Shown here piece after piece: positions 19,017-27,303 of a DNA stretch of 35,473 bases. Each line of letters starts with the position of its first letter. Within the stretch, counting starts at the first letter, position 1. A program made the translations under genes and the position numbers. The notes beneath the pieces are model-generated. The model had not been told where the DNA came from and made no database searches. It saw nothing but the letters and a program-made list of their open reading frames with translations. Source of the DNA: Puniceicoccales bacterium (GTDB taxonomy: Bacteria; Verrucomicrobiota; Verrucomicrobiia; Opitutales; JAIRKQ01); NCBI GenBank assembly GCA_031279395.1, contig JAITIO010000042.1, positions 1 through 35,473 of the forward strand, in the 5' to 3' direction.

Positions 19017-19495
19017 TGGCGAAGTATATTCTAGAGGAAATGCTGCGGGTGAGAAATCTTCGCAAAGATACTGCCGAAAAGAACCTGAAGCAAGCACAAA
19101 GGTTAGTCGAGGAAGCAAAGGAAAATGTAGAAAATGCAAGGAAAAAACTGGAAGAATTTAAGGTTTTTATAGAAAAAGAATCCGAACGGTTATACAAAAA
19201 AGTAATGATGCAAAAAGTAAAAAAGGAAGCCGTTGATGCCCTACACTACGCCATTAAGGTTCTAAAAAGCAAATTGGTAACACACGAACAAAACCTGATA
19301 ACAGCTAAAGATAACTTGGTCAAAGCCGAAAAAAATTTGGAAGAGAAAAGAGAAGCTTTACAAGAGGCAAATAAAAATGTAGAAAAAATAGAATCACATA
19401 AAGAAGAGTGGATAAAAGAGGCGATGAAAGAAGAAGAACTTGTTGCTGACAAGGAATTAGAAGAGTTCGCCAAAAAAAAGGAACAAGAAGAGTAA
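19016..19495 (+). CDS. sctO: T3SS stalk protein SctO (YscO/FliJ-like coiled coil)
   Basis: 159 aa, an entirely heptad-like K/E-rich coiled coil. There is a TAATG overlap with sctN, and the position after sctN is canonical. Confidence 0.65.
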   Translation: MAKYILEEMLRVRNLRKDTAEKNLKQAQRLVEEAKENVENARKKLEEFKVFIEKESERLYKKVMMQKVKKEAVDALHYAIKVLKSKLVTHEQNLITAKDNLVKAEKNLEEKREALQEANKNVEKIESHKEEWIKEAMKEEELVADKELEEFAKKKEQEE

Positions 19496-19514
19496 ATTTT
19501 AACAAGGAGTAGTT

Positions 19515-20567
19515 GTGGCAGATAAAATAAAAAACCAATTCACGGGAAAAGAAAAAGGGGAGTCATTTGACGAAGATGTCCTTTCTAAGAAAGAAATTGC
19601 TGAAATAGGTGAGAAAGCGGATCCACGTGATGTATCAATTTTTACAGAAAAAATTGCAAAAAATAGGCATAATCAAGGAATAAATGATTTTGATAATCCT
19701 AGAGATCATAAGTATGATCAACGGGAAAGTGATTCCAGTGCCCCCAGACTGGATTCCCAAAAACACGGACTTGACGATGGTGGACATAATAGTCCGAAAG
19801 CCTTCCCGGAGTCTAAAGAGGTGAAATTTACGAGAAATGAGTACAGGCAACAGGAAAATGGTTCCAGTGTCCCCAGACTGGATTCCCAAAAACACGGACT
19901 TGACGATGGTGGACATAATAGTCCGAAAGCCTTCCCGGAGTCTAAAGAGGTGAAATCTATGTATTTTCCAAACCCAGATCAAAAGGATTTTCCAACACTT
20001 AAAAATATGAACAATATTCAGGTAAGTGATACGCCATCTGCGAACGAGTATGTGAAGCCACAGAAGCGAGGCTCTTCCCCAAAGGACGTGGATGCTACGG
20101 AAGTAAAGGATACATCTGCGATAAGCGGAACAAAAATTTTGGATAGCATTCAGTTACAACACGTTGAACCAAAGGTCAATGAATCGGCACAAGTTATAAA
20201 AAATCTGGCGATACAAGTTGCAGAAAAAATCATAGCGACTAATGAAGCCCTAAATACCAGACAGGAAGTACGAATTACACTGCAAGACGGTATTCTAAAG
20301 AACACGGAGGTTTCTATTTCTAAGGAAGGGAAGGCGTTGAACGTTGTCTTTGCTACCGGGTCCATTGATTCCGAAAATCTACTGCGGGCAAATAGTGATA
20401 CCCTTATGCGGCAATTGCAAAACAATCTTAAGGACACAGATCGTATTGAAATTGAGATTGAACAGCATGAGCAAAGTGCGAGTGATAATCAGAACAATGA
20501 TGGCCGCTCCAGGGAAAGATTTGGAAATCAGCAACAAGGAGAAGATGAAGAAAATCAGGACAAATAA
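19515..20567 (+). CDS. sctP: T3SS needle-length/substrate-switch protein SctP-like (FliK/T3S4-type C-terminal domain)
   Basis: GTG start preceded by AAGGAG. The N-terminal two thirds are hydrophilic and repeat-containing. C-terminal VRITLQDGILKNTEVSISKEGKALNVVFATGSIDSENLLRANSDTLMRQLQ resembles the FliK/YscP C-terminal domain. Its position after sctO is canonical. Confidence 0.6.
   Translation: MADKIKNQFTGKEKGESFDEDVLSKKEIAEIGEKADPRDVSIFTEKIAKNRHNQGINDFDNPRDHKYDQRESDSSAPRLDSQKHGLDDGGHNSPKAFPESKEVKFTRNEYRQQENGSSVPRLDSQKHGLDDGGHNSPKAFPESKEVKSMYFPNPDQKDFPTLKNMNNIQVSDTPSANEYVKPQKRGSSPKDVDATEVKDTSAISGTKILDSIQLQHVEPKVNESAQVIKNLAIQVAEKIIATNEALNTRQEVRITLQDGILKNTEVSISKEGKALNVVFATGSIDSENLLRANSDTLMRQLQNNLKDTDRIEIEIEQHEQSASDNQNNDGRSRERFGNQQQGEDEENQDK
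19710..19956 (+). repeat. 129-nt (43-codon) in-frame tandem duplication inside sctP
   Basis: 19733-19827 and 19862-19956 are 95 nt each and differ at one position (gtgcccc versus gtgtccc). The preceding 23 nt of each unit are also related (aagtatgatcaacgggaaagtga versus gagtacaggcaacaggaaaatgg). Confidence 0.95.
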
Positions 20568-20603
20568 AAGACCCTAGAATTTTGAAATGTGTCACTGCTA
20601 TTC

Positions 20604-20629
20604 ATTGGAATGTTTTTTCTGATTCCAAT
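20604..20629. terminator. Weak A/T-rich hairpin between convergent sctP and Nudix genes
   Basis: attggaat (20604-20611) pairs with attccaat (20622-20629) across a 10-nt loop, and a T-run is nearby. The stem is A/T-rich, so predicted stability is low. Confidence 0.25.
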
Positions 20630-20652
20630 TGAGGAAGTTTTTGGGTGGTGAC

Positions 20653-21198
20653 TTATGATTTTTTGCCTTGAATCATAAGTAATTTCACAATTGAATGGCG
20701 CATTTGTTTGTTGATGAGTTGAAAATTTTCAAGGTCATTCAAAGTTACCCAGCGAAAGTCTACATGTTCCCGAGGATCGAACTTTACCACCGCGTTTTGA
20801 TCTGCCTTACACGTAAAAATAAGCCCTGGAACTATGATATCTGGGTTAACGCATACCTCAAAACATTCCAGTACTTTCCACTTTGTCGCTGTTATTCCGG
20901 CTTCCTCAAGCAGTTGTCTCTGTGCCGCCGATTCAAAACTTTCATTGCTTCGAACGGATCCCCCGCAGCATTCCCAAAGGTTGGGATATAACTTTCTGTT
21001 AGGGGCCCTTTTTAAAAGTAATATTTCAGGCATTCGTGCTCGATTTAATCTATAGCAATAGGCAGAAACAAATACTTCAATTTTATTAATTTTTTCTTCC
21101 CTGACACCTTCAACGTCGCTATGGCACAAAACAAATAACAAAATTCCTATGAAAATTTTGGCAATTATTGGTCTATATTTCTTTTTTTCTGTAAACAT
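20653..21198 (-). CDS. Nudix hydrolase with an N-terminal hydrophobic leader
   Basis: Nudix box GGSVRSNESFESAAQRQLLEEAGI. The N-terminus MFTEKKKYRPIIAKIFIGILLFVLCHSDVEG looks like a signal peptide or membrane anchor. There is no in-frame ATG between the start at 21198 and the Nudix fold. Confidence 0.8.
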   Translation of the reverse strand: MFTEKKKYRPIIAKIFIGILLFVLCHSDVEGVREEKINKIEVFVSAYCYRLNRARMPEILLLKRAPNRKLYPNLWECCGGSVRSNESFESAAQRQLLEEAGITATKWKVLECFEVCVNPDIIVPGLIFTCKADQNAVVKFDPREHVDFRWVTLNDLENFQLINKQMRHSIVKLLMIQGKKS

Positions 21199-21321
21199 TT
21201 ATAAAAGATAAGTAAAAAAATGTAGTAATGTCAATAAGTTACAAACTTATCGGCTGCGGTAAAAGCAATACCTTTGCATCTTTTTATGGATTTTTGGAAA
21301 ATATTTTTTATCTTAGCACGG

Positions 21322-21801
21322 ATGGTTGCTTCAGTTAAAGACAAGATAGATCAAGTGGTCATGGAGGATGTTTTTTCTCCCATCATTCAGTTTTCGGTGC
21401 TATTGGATGGAAAAAACATATCATTCAATTCAATATTGAAAGCGTTATCAACCGAAGATATTTCCATTTTAGCCATATCGTTTCTAGAAAATTTTGAAAC
21501 TGCAACAATTAGATTTGTAGTAAATTACCCTGACATGGTTCGCAAATTTTGTTCAAAGAATGCGATTTCATACCATGAAACCAAAGTATTGGGAATAGAA
21601 GTTGATAGCATAGACAAAGTAGCACAACTGGTGAACACTATTTTTGCAGCAGAGGTAAAAATGCACTACATGTACTCATTTTTAGTCCGACCTGGTGGAA
21701 AAATTGGGATAATCCTACAGACGGAAAATAATGAATTTGCCACGAACGTTCTCCATCAAACGGGGATAAAAACAATTTCTCAAAATGAGGTCGGGAGATA
21801 A
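21322..21801 (+). CDS. Small two-ACT-domain-like protein (putative amino-acid/ligand-binding regulator)
   Basis: About 159 aa from ATG 21322. It has two beta-alpha-beta-beta-alpha-beta-like halves (IIQFSVLLDGKNISFNSILKAL...; VLGIEVDSIDKVAQLVNTIFAAEV...) resembling tandem ACT proteins. Assignment is by pattern only. Confidence 0.4.
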   Translation: MVASVKDKIDQVVMEDVFSPIIQFSVLLDGKNISFNSILKALSTEDISILAISFLENFETATIRFVVNYPDMVRKFCSKNAISYHETKVLGIEVDSIDKVAQLVNTIFAAEVKMHYMYSFLVRPGGKIGIILQTENNEFATNVLHQTGIKTISQNEVGR

Positions 21802-21889
21802 CGAAGATGTACTTTTATTTTGATGTAAAATGGATCAAAACTTTTGAAGGAATGGTTGACAATGTGGCATTTAAGAGTAATTCCATAGC

Positions 21890-22915
21890 ATGGAAAGGCG
21901 GAAACGTACACAACGGCGTCAATTAGCGGATTTGCATGCACACCTTGGGACGTCAATTAGTTCGGCGACACTTTGGGAGATAGCACAGGACAAAGGTTTC
22001 GTATTACCGCAAAGGGATTACCATGACTTTGCAGAATACATCACCATATCGCCGGATAATCCAATACCGTTGGATGAGTATTTTAGCACAATTTACCACA
22101 AACTATTGGACAAACTTTCATCGGGAACCAAGGAAGTAGAGCGGGCAATCTATGAAACTTTTTCTGGTGCCTACAGGTCTAACCAAATACACCTCCTTGA
22201 ACTTAGAACGAATCCAATGAAGCACAATTACGAGGCAGAAGTTGACCTAGACCAACTCATAATGGCGATGTTACGCGGAATGGAAAGGGCCCTCTTGGCA
22301 TATCCAAAATTGTCTGGGGGTTTAATCTTTTGCCTTGGGAGGGAATTCCCCTATGAAAAAAACAAGATCATCGTTGAAAAAGCGATAAAATATCACGCAC
22401 GTGGGGTTGTAGGGATCGACATCGCAGGACCATATTCTTCGAAATTCGTTATCGATGGGTACAAAACATTATTTGACGGTGCACACAGGGCAAAATTAGG
22501 AGTAACAGCACATTCCGGGGAACAAAGAGAACACAATGACATGTGGGAAATTATTGAATTTTTGAGACCGGAAAGGATTGGGCATGGTCTTTGTGCAGCC
22601 TATGACGTACACCTAATGAAAGAACTAGTACGGCGTGATATCGTGTTGGAAATTTGTCCGCTTTCAAATTTGGCGACCAAATCCGTAGAAAACATAGATG
22701 AAATGAAATATATCTTGCGTAGATTTATGGAAAATGGCGTTAAATTCACGATTAATACCGATTGGCCGGAGGTAATAGAAGGCAACCATTTGCACGAACA
22801 GTTGCAATGGCTGATTGACAAGAAAATTCTGAGCGAGGAAGAATTAGAAAAATGCAACAAATTGTCCTTTGAAAGGACATTTGTTCCCGGTTGCGGACTT
22901 GATCCATACCTATAA
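21890..22915 (+). CDS. Adenosine/AMP-deaminase-family metallo-hydrolase (atypical)
   Basis: LHAHLG (HxH), AHSGE, RIGHG, EICPLSN and INTDWP are collinear with the zinc and catalytic motifs of the ADA family. HLDG reads HLGT and TDDP reads TDWP. Confidence 0.75.
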   Translation: MERRKRTQRRQLADLHAHLGTSISSATLWEIAQDKGFVLPQRDYHDFAEYITISPDNPIPLDEYFSTIYHKLLDKLSSGTKEVERAIYETFSGAYRSNQIHLLELRTNPMKHNYEAEVDLDQLIMAMLRGMERALLAYPKLSGGLIFCLGREFPYEKNKIIVEKAIKYHARGVVGIDIAGPYSSKFVIDGYKTLFDGAHRAKLGVTAHSGEQREHNDMWEIIEFLRPERIGHGLCAAYDVHLMKELVRRDIVLEICPLSNLATKSVENIDEMKYILRRFMENGVKFTINTDWPEVIEGNHLHEQLQWLIDKKILSEEELEKCNKLSFERTFVPGCGLDPYL

Positions 22916-22962
22916 ATATCGGGAGCATAGAATGATCATTTTCATCGGAATGAGGCAAGTTT

Positions 22963-24099
22963 ATGGATAAAATTATAGGAGAGGCATTGACATTTGATGA
23001 TGTGCTAATTGTCCCATGCTATTCGGAGGTAACACCGGATATGGTTGACATTACTTCTTTTCTCACGCCATCGATTTCCATAAACGTCCCGCTGGTTTCA
23101 TCGCCCATGGATACCGTCACCGAAGCAAGCATGGCAATGGCAATGGCAAAGAATGGAGGTGTTGGCGTCATTCATAAAAATATGCCCATTGAATCTCAGA
23201 AAAATGAGGTCGAAAAAGTGAAACAATGGCAAACAAAAGACGAACATGATAAGTATCCAAGGGCATGTAAAAACGATAGGGGAGAATTGATCGTCGGAGG
23301 AGCAGTCGGTGTGGGAATGGATTGCTTGCCAAGGGTAGAGGCGTTGCTCTCCGCAGGTGCGGATTTCATCGTCATTGACTCAGCCCACGGACATTCTACC
23401 AATGTTATTCATTCTGTCGGTGAGATCAAAGCGGCCTGGCCGAACTGTCAACTAATTGCCGGAAATGTCGTTTCCTTTGAGGGCGCTAGGGCGATATTGG
23501 AAGCTGGTGCTGACACGATTAAAGTTGGTATTGGGGCCGGTTCAATTTGTACAACGCGTATAATCGCCGGGGTAGGGGTTCCTCAAATCACAGCCATCGC
23601 GGAAGCCGTCAAGGTTGCGACAAAGATGGACAGATGCGTCATCGCCGATGGGGGAATCAAATATTCCGGAGATATGGTGAAAGCGATTGCCATGGGGGCC
23701 GATTGTGTCATGTGTGGAAATCTTTTTGCCGGTTGTGATGAAACACCCGGAGAAAAGATTTCATCCGATGGTCGCCAGTATAAAATCTACCGGGGGATGG
23801 GATCCGAAGAAGCTATGAAGAGCGGCAGTGCAGATAGATATTCACAAAACAGTTCAAAAAAATTTGTTCCGGAAGGCGTCATCGGCCGTGTCCAATACAA
23901 AGGGCATGTGGATGATATTATCTATCAAATGGTCGGAGGTTTGCGCTCGGGAATGGGATATGTTGGAGCTGCTACCCTGGAGGAATTGAGGAAAAATGCT
24001 AAATTTGTAAAAATAAACGCAGCTGGACTACGGGAAAGTCACATACACGACATTACAATGGTAAAAGAACCACCGAATTATAAAGTTTCCCCATCATAA
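22963..24099 (+). CDS. guaB: IMP dehydrogenase lacking the CBS/Bateman subdomain
   Basis: [11 protein letters not shown], catalytic [24 protein letters not shown], flap [18 protein letters not shown]...[14 protein letters not shown], and C-terminal [16 protein letters not shown]. Only 378 aa: [35 protein letters not shown] directly joins the segments that flank the roughly 115-aa CBS pair in E. coli GuaB. Confidence 0.9.
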   Translation: MDKIIGEALTFDDVLIVPCYSEVTPDMVDITSFLTPSISINVPLVSSPMDTVTEASMAMAMAKNGGVGVIHKNMPIESQKNEVEKVKQWQTKDEHDKYPRACKNDRGELIVGGAVGVGMDCLPRVEALLSAGADFIVIDSAHGHSTNVIHSVGEIKAAWPNCQLIAGNVVSFEGARAILEAGADTIKVGIGAGSICTTRIIAGVGVPQITAIAEAVKVATKMDRCVIADGGIKYSGDMVKAIAMGADCVMCGNLFAGCDETPGEKISSDGRQYKIYRGMGSEEAMKSGSADRYSQNSSKKFVPEGVIGRVQYKGHVDDIIYQMVGGLRSGMGYVGAATLEELRKNAKFVKINAAGLRESHIHDITMVKEPPNYKVSPS

Positions 24100-24108
24100 A
24101 TATATGCT

Positions 24109-25647
24109 ATGAGACACCTTTCAAAAGTTCTAGTCGTTGACTATGGATCGCAGTATACACAACTTATTGCCCGTCGCATACGGGAAAACGGAGTATATTC
24201 GGAAATTTTGCCATGGACAGCGTCCACCTCTGAATTTGAAAATTCAGCCCCTTCTGCCATTATTCTTTCCGGAGGTCCCAATGATGCCGGCGAAAAAGGA
24301 GCTCCGACACTAAACCATGCCCTAGTACACACAAATGTACCTGTCCTTGGTATTTGCTATGGCATGCAGCTGTTGGCACTTCACTTCGGAGGAGCCCTAG
24401 TAAATGGCGAAAACAGAGAGTATGGGCAAACGAAATTAACAGCGACTAATGGATGCCCGTTGTGGAAAGATGTGCCCCCAAAAACTACCGTATGGATGTC
24501 CCACGGGAATCACGTAAAAACACTTCCGAATGGATTTACGTCAGTTGCTGAAACAGCGACCATTGGCATCGCTGCGATGGCAAATGAAGATCATAGAATC
24601 TATGCGTTGCAATTTCATCCAGAGGTATCTCATACCTCCCATGGAATGCAGATTCTGCGCAATTTTTTATTTGAAGTTGCCAAGCTAAAACGGAATTGGA
24701 ACGTGGGATCATTCATCGACGATACCATCGCGAAATGTCGTGAAAAGGTAAAGGATTCAAATGTCCTGCTTGCCTTATCCGGTGGCGTTGATTCCACCGT
24801 TGTGGCTGCCTTGCTGTACAAGGCGATTGGGGAACAGTTGCACTGCATTTTTGTTGATCACGGATTGATGCGTCAAGGGGAAGCTGAAGAAATTGTTTCA
24901 ATGTTGGACCAATGCATGCCAAAACTGCAATTACAGCTCATCAAGGCACAGGACCTATTTCTGAAAAGGCTCGTTGGGATAGAAGACCCGGAAACCAAAC
25001 GAAAAATCATTGGAAAAACATTTATCGACATTTTTGAAGAACAGGCTTCAAAAATTCCCAATGCAAAATTTTTAGCACAGGGGACATTATATCCAGACGT
25101 CATTGAATCCTGCTCCGTTGGCGGTACGGTCATAAAAAGTCACCACAATGTGGGAGGGCTTCCGAAGGATATGAAATTTGAACTAATTGAGCCATTGCGG
25201 GAACTTTTCAAAGATGAAGTGCGGGCAATGGGATTAGAAATTGGACTGCCGGAAGATGTGATATGGCGCCAACCATTTCCTGGACCTGGACTTGCAGTAC
25301 GCATACTTGGGGAAGTAACTGCTGACCGACTATCGATTTTGCGGAGGGCGGACAATATAGTACAACAGGAATTAAAAAAATCTGGTTGGTATCGTAATAT
25401 TTGGCAAGGATTTGCTGTTTTGCTACCGCTGTGTACGGTCGGTGTAATGGGAGATGCACGCACATACGACAATGTGATAGCATTGCGCGTTGTTGACAGC
25501 GTGGATGCCATGACGGCGGATTGGACGCGGCTTCCCCACGATATAATTGCATCAATTTCCAACCGCATAGTCGGCGAGGTAAATGGAGTAAATCGCGTCG
25601 TCTATGACGTATCATCGAAACCTCCCAGCACAATCGAATGGGAATAA
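24109..25647 (+). CDS. guaA: GMP synthase (glutamine-hydrolysing)
   Basis: 512 aa. GATase GICYGMQ and HPEV, PP-loop SGGVDS, C-terminal dimerisation domain ending IEWE. Confidence 0.95.
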   Translation: MRHLSKVLVVDYGSQYTQLIARRIRENGVYSEILPWTASTSEFENSAPSAIILSGGPNDAGEKGAPTLNHALVHTNVPVLGICYGMQLLALHFGGALVNGENREYGQTKLTATNGCPLWKDVPPKTTVWMSHGNHVKTLPNGFTSVAETATIGIAAMANEDHRIYALQFHPEVSHTSHGMQILRNFLFEVAKLKRNWNVGSFIDDTIAKCREKVKDSNVLLALSGGVDSTVVAALLYKAIGEQLHCIFVDHGLMRQGEAEEIVSMLDQCMPKLQLQLIKAQDLFLKRLVGIEDPETKRKIIGKTFIDIFEEQASKIPNAKFLAQGTLYPDVIESCSVGGTVIKSHHNVGGLPKDMKFELIEPLRELFKDEVRAMGLEIGLPEDVIWRQPFPGPGLAVRILGEVTADRLSILRRADNIVQQELKKSGWYRNIWQGFAVLLPLCTVGVMGDARTYDNVIALRVVDSVDAMTADWTRLPHDIIASISNRIVGEVNGVNRVVYDVSSKPPSTIEWE

Positions 25648-25655
25648 CCATCGCT

Positions 25656-27029
25656 TTATACCAAAAACTCTTCGCAGGGATTCATGTCAAACACTTGAAT
25701 GCTTGGCGAAAGCTCAATCAACTCATCCATAAACCAATTTCGCGAATCCTCTTCACCGTGGACAAGGACAACGGCACGGGGAGACATGGTCAGGATGTTT
25801 TTTAAAATTTCTTCCCTGTCCGCATGGCCACTAATATCAAATTTATTAATTTTAGCCGCAATTTTAGCCACATAATTTTGAGCTTTAAATAGAAAAGAAT
25901 CCCCCGGAGAATATTTTTGAAGCTCTCCCCCAGGCGTAGTTTCATCACAGAATCCGACAAAGCAAATGGCATTTTTATGGTCATCAATTATGGCAGAAGC
26001 AACGTTATAGGCGGATGTGTTTTCTACCAGCATACCACTACTAAGGACAAAAATTGAGGGTTCCTGGATCTGTTTTTTTATATCATTTGGGTTATTTCCT
26101 CGGAAAATTTTTATCTTCAATTCCTTTGTAATTCTTCTTCGAAAATTTACACCGGACAGCTTTTTTGAGATAAGATCGAAATCTTCGATGAGGCCATAGC
26201 CTAAACCAGAACAATAAATCGGAGTATCTTGCTGTAATTTATTTTGCTGGCGAGCGCAACTTATGATTTTAAGAATTTCCTGCATACGTCCGAATGCAAA
26301 GGCAGGAATCAGAACGGACCCTCCTCCGCTGATGGTGTCGCGAATTGTCCCGATGAGGCGTTCCGTTTCGTTATCGGCTGAACGTTCTTTGAGTCTTACG
26401 GTGGTCCCACGCGTTGTTTCGGTGATCACCGTGTCGATTTTTCGGGTTGGCCATTTGGCACCCCTAAGAATCTTAAGGTTCCGAAATAGAACATCACCGG
26501 TGTAAAATATATTCCTGTGTTTGTGTTCGATCAAAATGGAACTGGCCCCGACAACGTGGCCTGCTTCAAAAAATGTTATGGTGATTTCATCGTTGTCTTT
26601 TCTTAGCACCCGTGATTTCCCAAATTGCATGGGCAAAATGTGCTGTTCCAGTGCTTCAATATCTGCCAAGGTATACAAAGGATATTCTTTTATTCCCATT
26701 TCATCGTGTTGCAGTTGCATGACGGTAACGCAATTATTTAAAATTCTTGGTAAAACGATGTGAGACGCCTGCGTTATTAGGACACGGGCTTGCTGTTGCC
26801 TTTTCATTATGTATGGCAATGAACCGACATGGTCCAGGTGGCAATGGGAAATTAAAATCAGGTCGATGACGGTTGTTCCAAGCTTATCGAAGGCGGGTAA
26901 TGCGTCATAACCAGAACGTTTGGGACTAATTCCAGAGTCAAACAAAATGTTGAAGCTTCCAATTTTAGCAGACAAGCATGAAGATCCTATGTCCCTGGTC
27001 TTATTTAAATCAATTAACTGCATGGGCAA
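25656..27029 (-). CDS. MBL-fold metallo-hydrolase with beta-CASP-like insert (putative RNA-processing nuclease)
   Basis: HCHLDHVGSLPY (HxHxDH), FEAGHVVGAS, and C-terminal SGHADREEI and VLVHGE, typical of the beta-CASP/CPSF-like family. Confidence 0.75.
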   Translation of the reverse strand: MPMQLIDLNKTRDIGSSCLSAKIGSFNILFDSGISPKRSGYDALPAFDKLGTTVIDLILISHCHLDHVGSLPYIMKRQQQARVLITQASHIVLPRILNNCVTVMQLQHDEMGIKEYPLYTLADIEALEQHILPMQFGKSRVLRKDNDEITITFFEAGHVVGASSILIEHKHRNIFYTGDVLFRNLKILRGAKWPTRKIDTVITETTRGTTVRLKERSADNETERLIGTIRDTISGGGSVLIPAFAFGRMQEILKIISCARQQNKLQQDTPIYCSGLGYGLIEDFDLISKKLSGVNFRRRITKELKIKIFRGNNPNDIKKQIQEPSIFVLSSGMLVENTSAYNVASAIIDDHKNAICFVGFCDETTPGGELQKYSPGDSFLFKAQNYVAKIAAKINKFDISGHADREEILKNILTMSPRAVVLVHGEEDSRNWFMDELIELSPSIQVFDMNPCEEFLV

Positions 27030-27130
27030 ATTCCATATGTAAACGCCAAATATAATATTGACTCGGACCTGTTATCTAGAGTGTTTTTTTTAATTAAAAA
27101 GCAAGAAAATATGTATGATTAATTTCACAC

Positions 27131-27147
27131 AATTTCACATTGAAATT
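27131..27147. promoter_or_regulatory. Palindrome and direct repeat in the divergent MBL/tyrS intergenic region (operator candidate)
   Basis: AATTTCA-cat-TGAAATT (27131-27147). It extends imperfectly to cacaatttca...tgaaattttgtg, and aatttcaca also occurs in tandem at 27121-27129. Confidence 0.25.
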
Positions 27148-27303
27148 TTGTGGCTTGAAAAAACCTGCCAATCGTAGGTCCTTAAAAAAGTTGTACACGT
27201 TTCAAAAAAACTTTAAAAAAGATACCATTGCAAAGAAAAGCTTGAGCTTTTCACAATTAATTTGTTGCAAAAAAAGCGCTTTATTCCAAATTTTGGGAGC
27301 ATT

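Noticed and set aside
15392-19495. Flagellar export genes (fliF/H/I/J) instead of an injectisome
   Set aside because: The ring protein is a short Sec-lipoprotein of the YscJ/PrgK type with lipobox LVGC, not a FliF of over 500 aa. No flagellar rod, hook or motor genes are nearby, and a secretin is close by.
21802-21889. Possible purine (adenine) riboswitch upstream of the deaminase gene
   Set aside because: The 88-nt spacer lacks the conserved purine-riboswitch junction and loop motifs and is too short for aptamer plus expression platform.
27030-27303. Possible T-box leader upstream of tyrS
   Set aside because: There is no T-box consensus sequence, specifier-loop architecture or terminator/antiterminator pair. 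The region is A/T-rich promoter-like DNA shared with the divergent MBL gene.
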